Origin: Penicillus capitatus
Lineage: Eukaryota > Plantae > Chlorophyta
Length of the DNA stretch: 64,000 bases
Assembly (NCBI GenBank): GCA_965649825.1
Contig: OZ287696.1
Location: 1,336,081-1,400,080, forward strand
Direction of reading: 5' to 3'
Each line of letters begins with the position of its first letter. Position 1 is the stretch's first letter. The notes beneath the pieces were generated by a model. That model searched no databases. It saw nothing but the letters and a program-made list of their open reading frames with translations, and had not been told where the DNA came from. The position numbers and the translations under genes are program-made. Positions 61,440-64,000 of this stretch are shown here, one piece after another.

Positions 61440-64000
61440 CTATAAAGATGTCTGACCAGATTTTGCTTTTCTCGAACGGACATCAGGATTCTTGGCGCGC
61501 GTCTTCTTGCGATTCAGCTGCTCACCAGCGAGCTTTGCCGGTGGATCGACCTTTTCGGCTTTGATAACGTATCGCTGAATGAGATCTCTTAAGTTCTCAG
61601 AGAGAAAGGAAAGATTAGAGAGCTTCGGACTACATTCGATGAGACACGCCAAGAACCCTTCGAATGACAAAGCCTGTGGCTCTTTAGAATCTTCTGTCAC
61701 TTGACGCGTATATCTTGAGAAGATCTTCTGCATTTCGGAGACAGAAATCATCAAACGCTGTCGACTCGAAGAAATTCGTGCTCCAGGTCGAGGGTCTAGA
61801 CCAGGAGTATGTGATAAAGCACAAGGCAAGATGTGACGTGCCTGATATCTCTGAGTCTCGACAGAAAAGCGTCCATGCAGACCTCGACATTCTCGGCGGC
61901 CAGTAATCGAGACAAGCGTGACCCGTTTGGCAGTAATGCATAAACACTCCTCTGAGTCCCTGCTCGTGTGTTTGCAAAATCTTAGCAAGCGCATAACGTT
62001 CGCCATTCGGATCCTGTTCTTCTTTCCAGATCCAGTGCGTGGCTTCCAACACCCCGTCCAATCCGGGAACGATCGCTTCGGCGATGGTGCAGTCTTGGTT
62101 GTACTCGGCGAGATGTCTCTTTAAGGCGGCATTGGCAGCGCGTTCCTCCCTGACACGTATGATCTGATATAAAGACAGAAACGGAATGCGCGTGAAGTCA
62201 CCTGAGGGACTGCTCAAGTGTAGCTTTCTCGTTTTGGTGAGCTGTCATCAGAGACTCGTATTTATCATCTCTTTTCTGGTAGCAGTGCAATGCGCGCAAA
62301 GCTGTCTCCCTTTCTATATCGAGTGTCTCTCGAGCATCTCGCAGCTCGTTTACTAAACCATCCCTTTCTGCCTCGCAGCGACGAAGTTGCTGAACAGCAC
62401 AGTGGTTTTCAAAAAAGCACGCCGAAATCTGTGCCTGACTTCAGACAATGCATCTCTTGTTTCATTGGCGACGCGTAAACGCTCAGCGAGTTCCCTGACT
62501 TGAGTTTGAAGACTGTCGAGCGTCTGTTTAAATGAAAGCGCACTGATCTCCTTCTCTTGCTGCAGCGCACTGATTTGAGACTGTGACGTCTCCGCATGTC
62601 TGCGTTCGCGTAAGACATCGTCTTTGAGAGTTTCGACTGCCTCTTCAAGACGCGAAATCGTCATTGGACGACGCAGGCTCCGTTCGAAGGCGTCTGAACA
62701 TACACACACGCTTACAAGACCTGCACGCCGCTGGTAAAGCGCAATTACTGCGAGGCTCGGGATGACGTAGAGCCGACGGGACTGCACCACGCGCACTGAG
62801 GGCCCTTGGTCTGATCATCTCTTCCGTGCTTTTCGCAATCGGTCGCCAAGTGATCGCTCCGCTGGGCATCCAGATCTGCCGAGTCGGCGGTTTTCTCGGT
62901 GGGATACGCAATCGCAGTTTTATGTCCTTCGCGCCGCACACGCTCACCGGCTGTTCATTCTTCACCGACGTGCCGATCGCCTACTTAGCGTTCTCAAGAG
63001 CGCGTTATACTATCATTGCTGTCGAACGCTTTCTTGCTGCTGTGCATCTGTCTGCTCCTCCGTCTCTTCCAAGACAAGAGTATCTCTGGCAAAAGGGGCA
63101 GAGTAGTAAGAACCGCCTCCACTGCCGTCTAGTGCAGATGCCCATTCACAACGAATAACGCGTACCAAAGTCGGCGCGCCGTCTGCCTTAGCCAACACGT
63201 GTTCCACAGTGAGTTCTGCACATCGAGGGTCATCGATCGAAAAAAGGCAACAACCTGCCTGATAGTGTTCGAAAGTGCGCTTTCTGAACGTGCTGGACGA
63301 TTTGCTGCACCAATTGTCGAAACCGCATCTTGACAGACGCACTGATGACTTTCGGTCTCTGTCGTTGGCAAATGGCTTTCGGAATAACCGTCGTTATGAA
63401 TACTGACTTACTTCTTGACGACCTTCTACCTCGTCCACTGCTGTTTCGTCGTCGAGCGACCCTCGGGTTGACATCATTGGCATATATCTACTTGTGAAAT
63501 CTTGCTGAAAGGTGTGAAACGTCACTGCGTGTCCTGCGTTGACGAATGTCGTGATGTAGCGGACGTTGTCGCAGGGCTGCAGCACAAGTGGAGTCAGAAA
63601 GTGGCCTCACTTGAGCAATGTCGACCGTTATATTGCCCAAACCGAAACCTTACCACTTGCCTCGATGTATGCTTCGAACTGGATGGTCTCGCACTTTTCA
63701 AAACAAGAGAACACGCCTCTGTTTTCATCCTGTGGACAGAAAACTCAAATTCTGAAGTTCTACGAACGGACGAACGTAAGAATCGGCCATTGCATTCAGT
63801 TTTTCTTCTGTCTCTGCGCTGGTCAGCAGAAGCGGTCTATCCGACTCTGCACGTATGATACGTAAAAAGCAGATGCGTGCAGCTGACGGACCAGATCTGA
63901 AAACCGTCGCATAGGGTTCACTCGAGCTCTCTTGTCGCCGTAGAAACTGTTTGCGCATCGCCACAATATCATTCGAAGACGTGCGTTTTCGGACACAGCC
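61440..64000 (-). CDS. Uncharacterised multi-exon protein with a coiled coil and an EF-hand-like C-terminal region; probably 5'-truncated by the window edge
   Basis: Exon ORFs 62353-62796 (coiled coil), 61684-62217 (GLRGVFMHYC...MSRSAWTLFCRD) and 61440-62006 (EMQKIF...LSFEGFLACL). Confidence 0.5.

Noticed and set aside
1-64000. TAA/TAG reassigned to Gln, as in some ulvophytes
   Set aside because: Conserved proteins end at TAA (RPL41, MsrA) and TAG (PSST, G5K, RPN13), and long conserved exons have no internal TAR.

Overview
Gene-dense nuclear DNA of a eukaryote, inferred to be a green alga (Chlorophyta). It uses the standard genetic code and has many ~43-60 nt spliceosomal introns, so the six-frame ORFs are mostly exon fragments. 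Gene models were assembled by hand and their exact starts and splice sites are inference. Recognisable genes: glutamate 5-kinase, a sirtuin, complex I PSST, a 25-aa RPL41 missed by the ORF track, ClpC, HemK, a tropinone-reductase-like SDR, RBOH, RPN5, an RsuA/RluB pseudouridine synthase, a fibrillin, a FAM184-like coiled-coil protein, an RRM protein, BAR-like and PX proteins, PLAC8, phenylalanine hydroxylase, RPN13, a helical-repeat (OPR-like) protein, a Rab28-like protein, MsrA, a J-protein, a metacaspase and FtsH4/11. Structural features: a decayed Mutator-like transposase facing an intact four-exon orphan gene (1-6.3 kb), a ~6.6 kb inverted duplication (25.3-31.9 kb vs 51.9-58.5 kb) and a LINE RT remnant near its inner breakpoint. 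The most unusual signals are head-to-head gene pairs with start codons only 41-104 nt apart that share a TGACG motif, a possible polycistronic RPN13/OPR-like/Rab28-like run, a Rab28-like protein lacking both switch motifs, and an RBOH with Met/Asp/His-rich loop insertions. No CRISPR, tRNA or rRNA was found.
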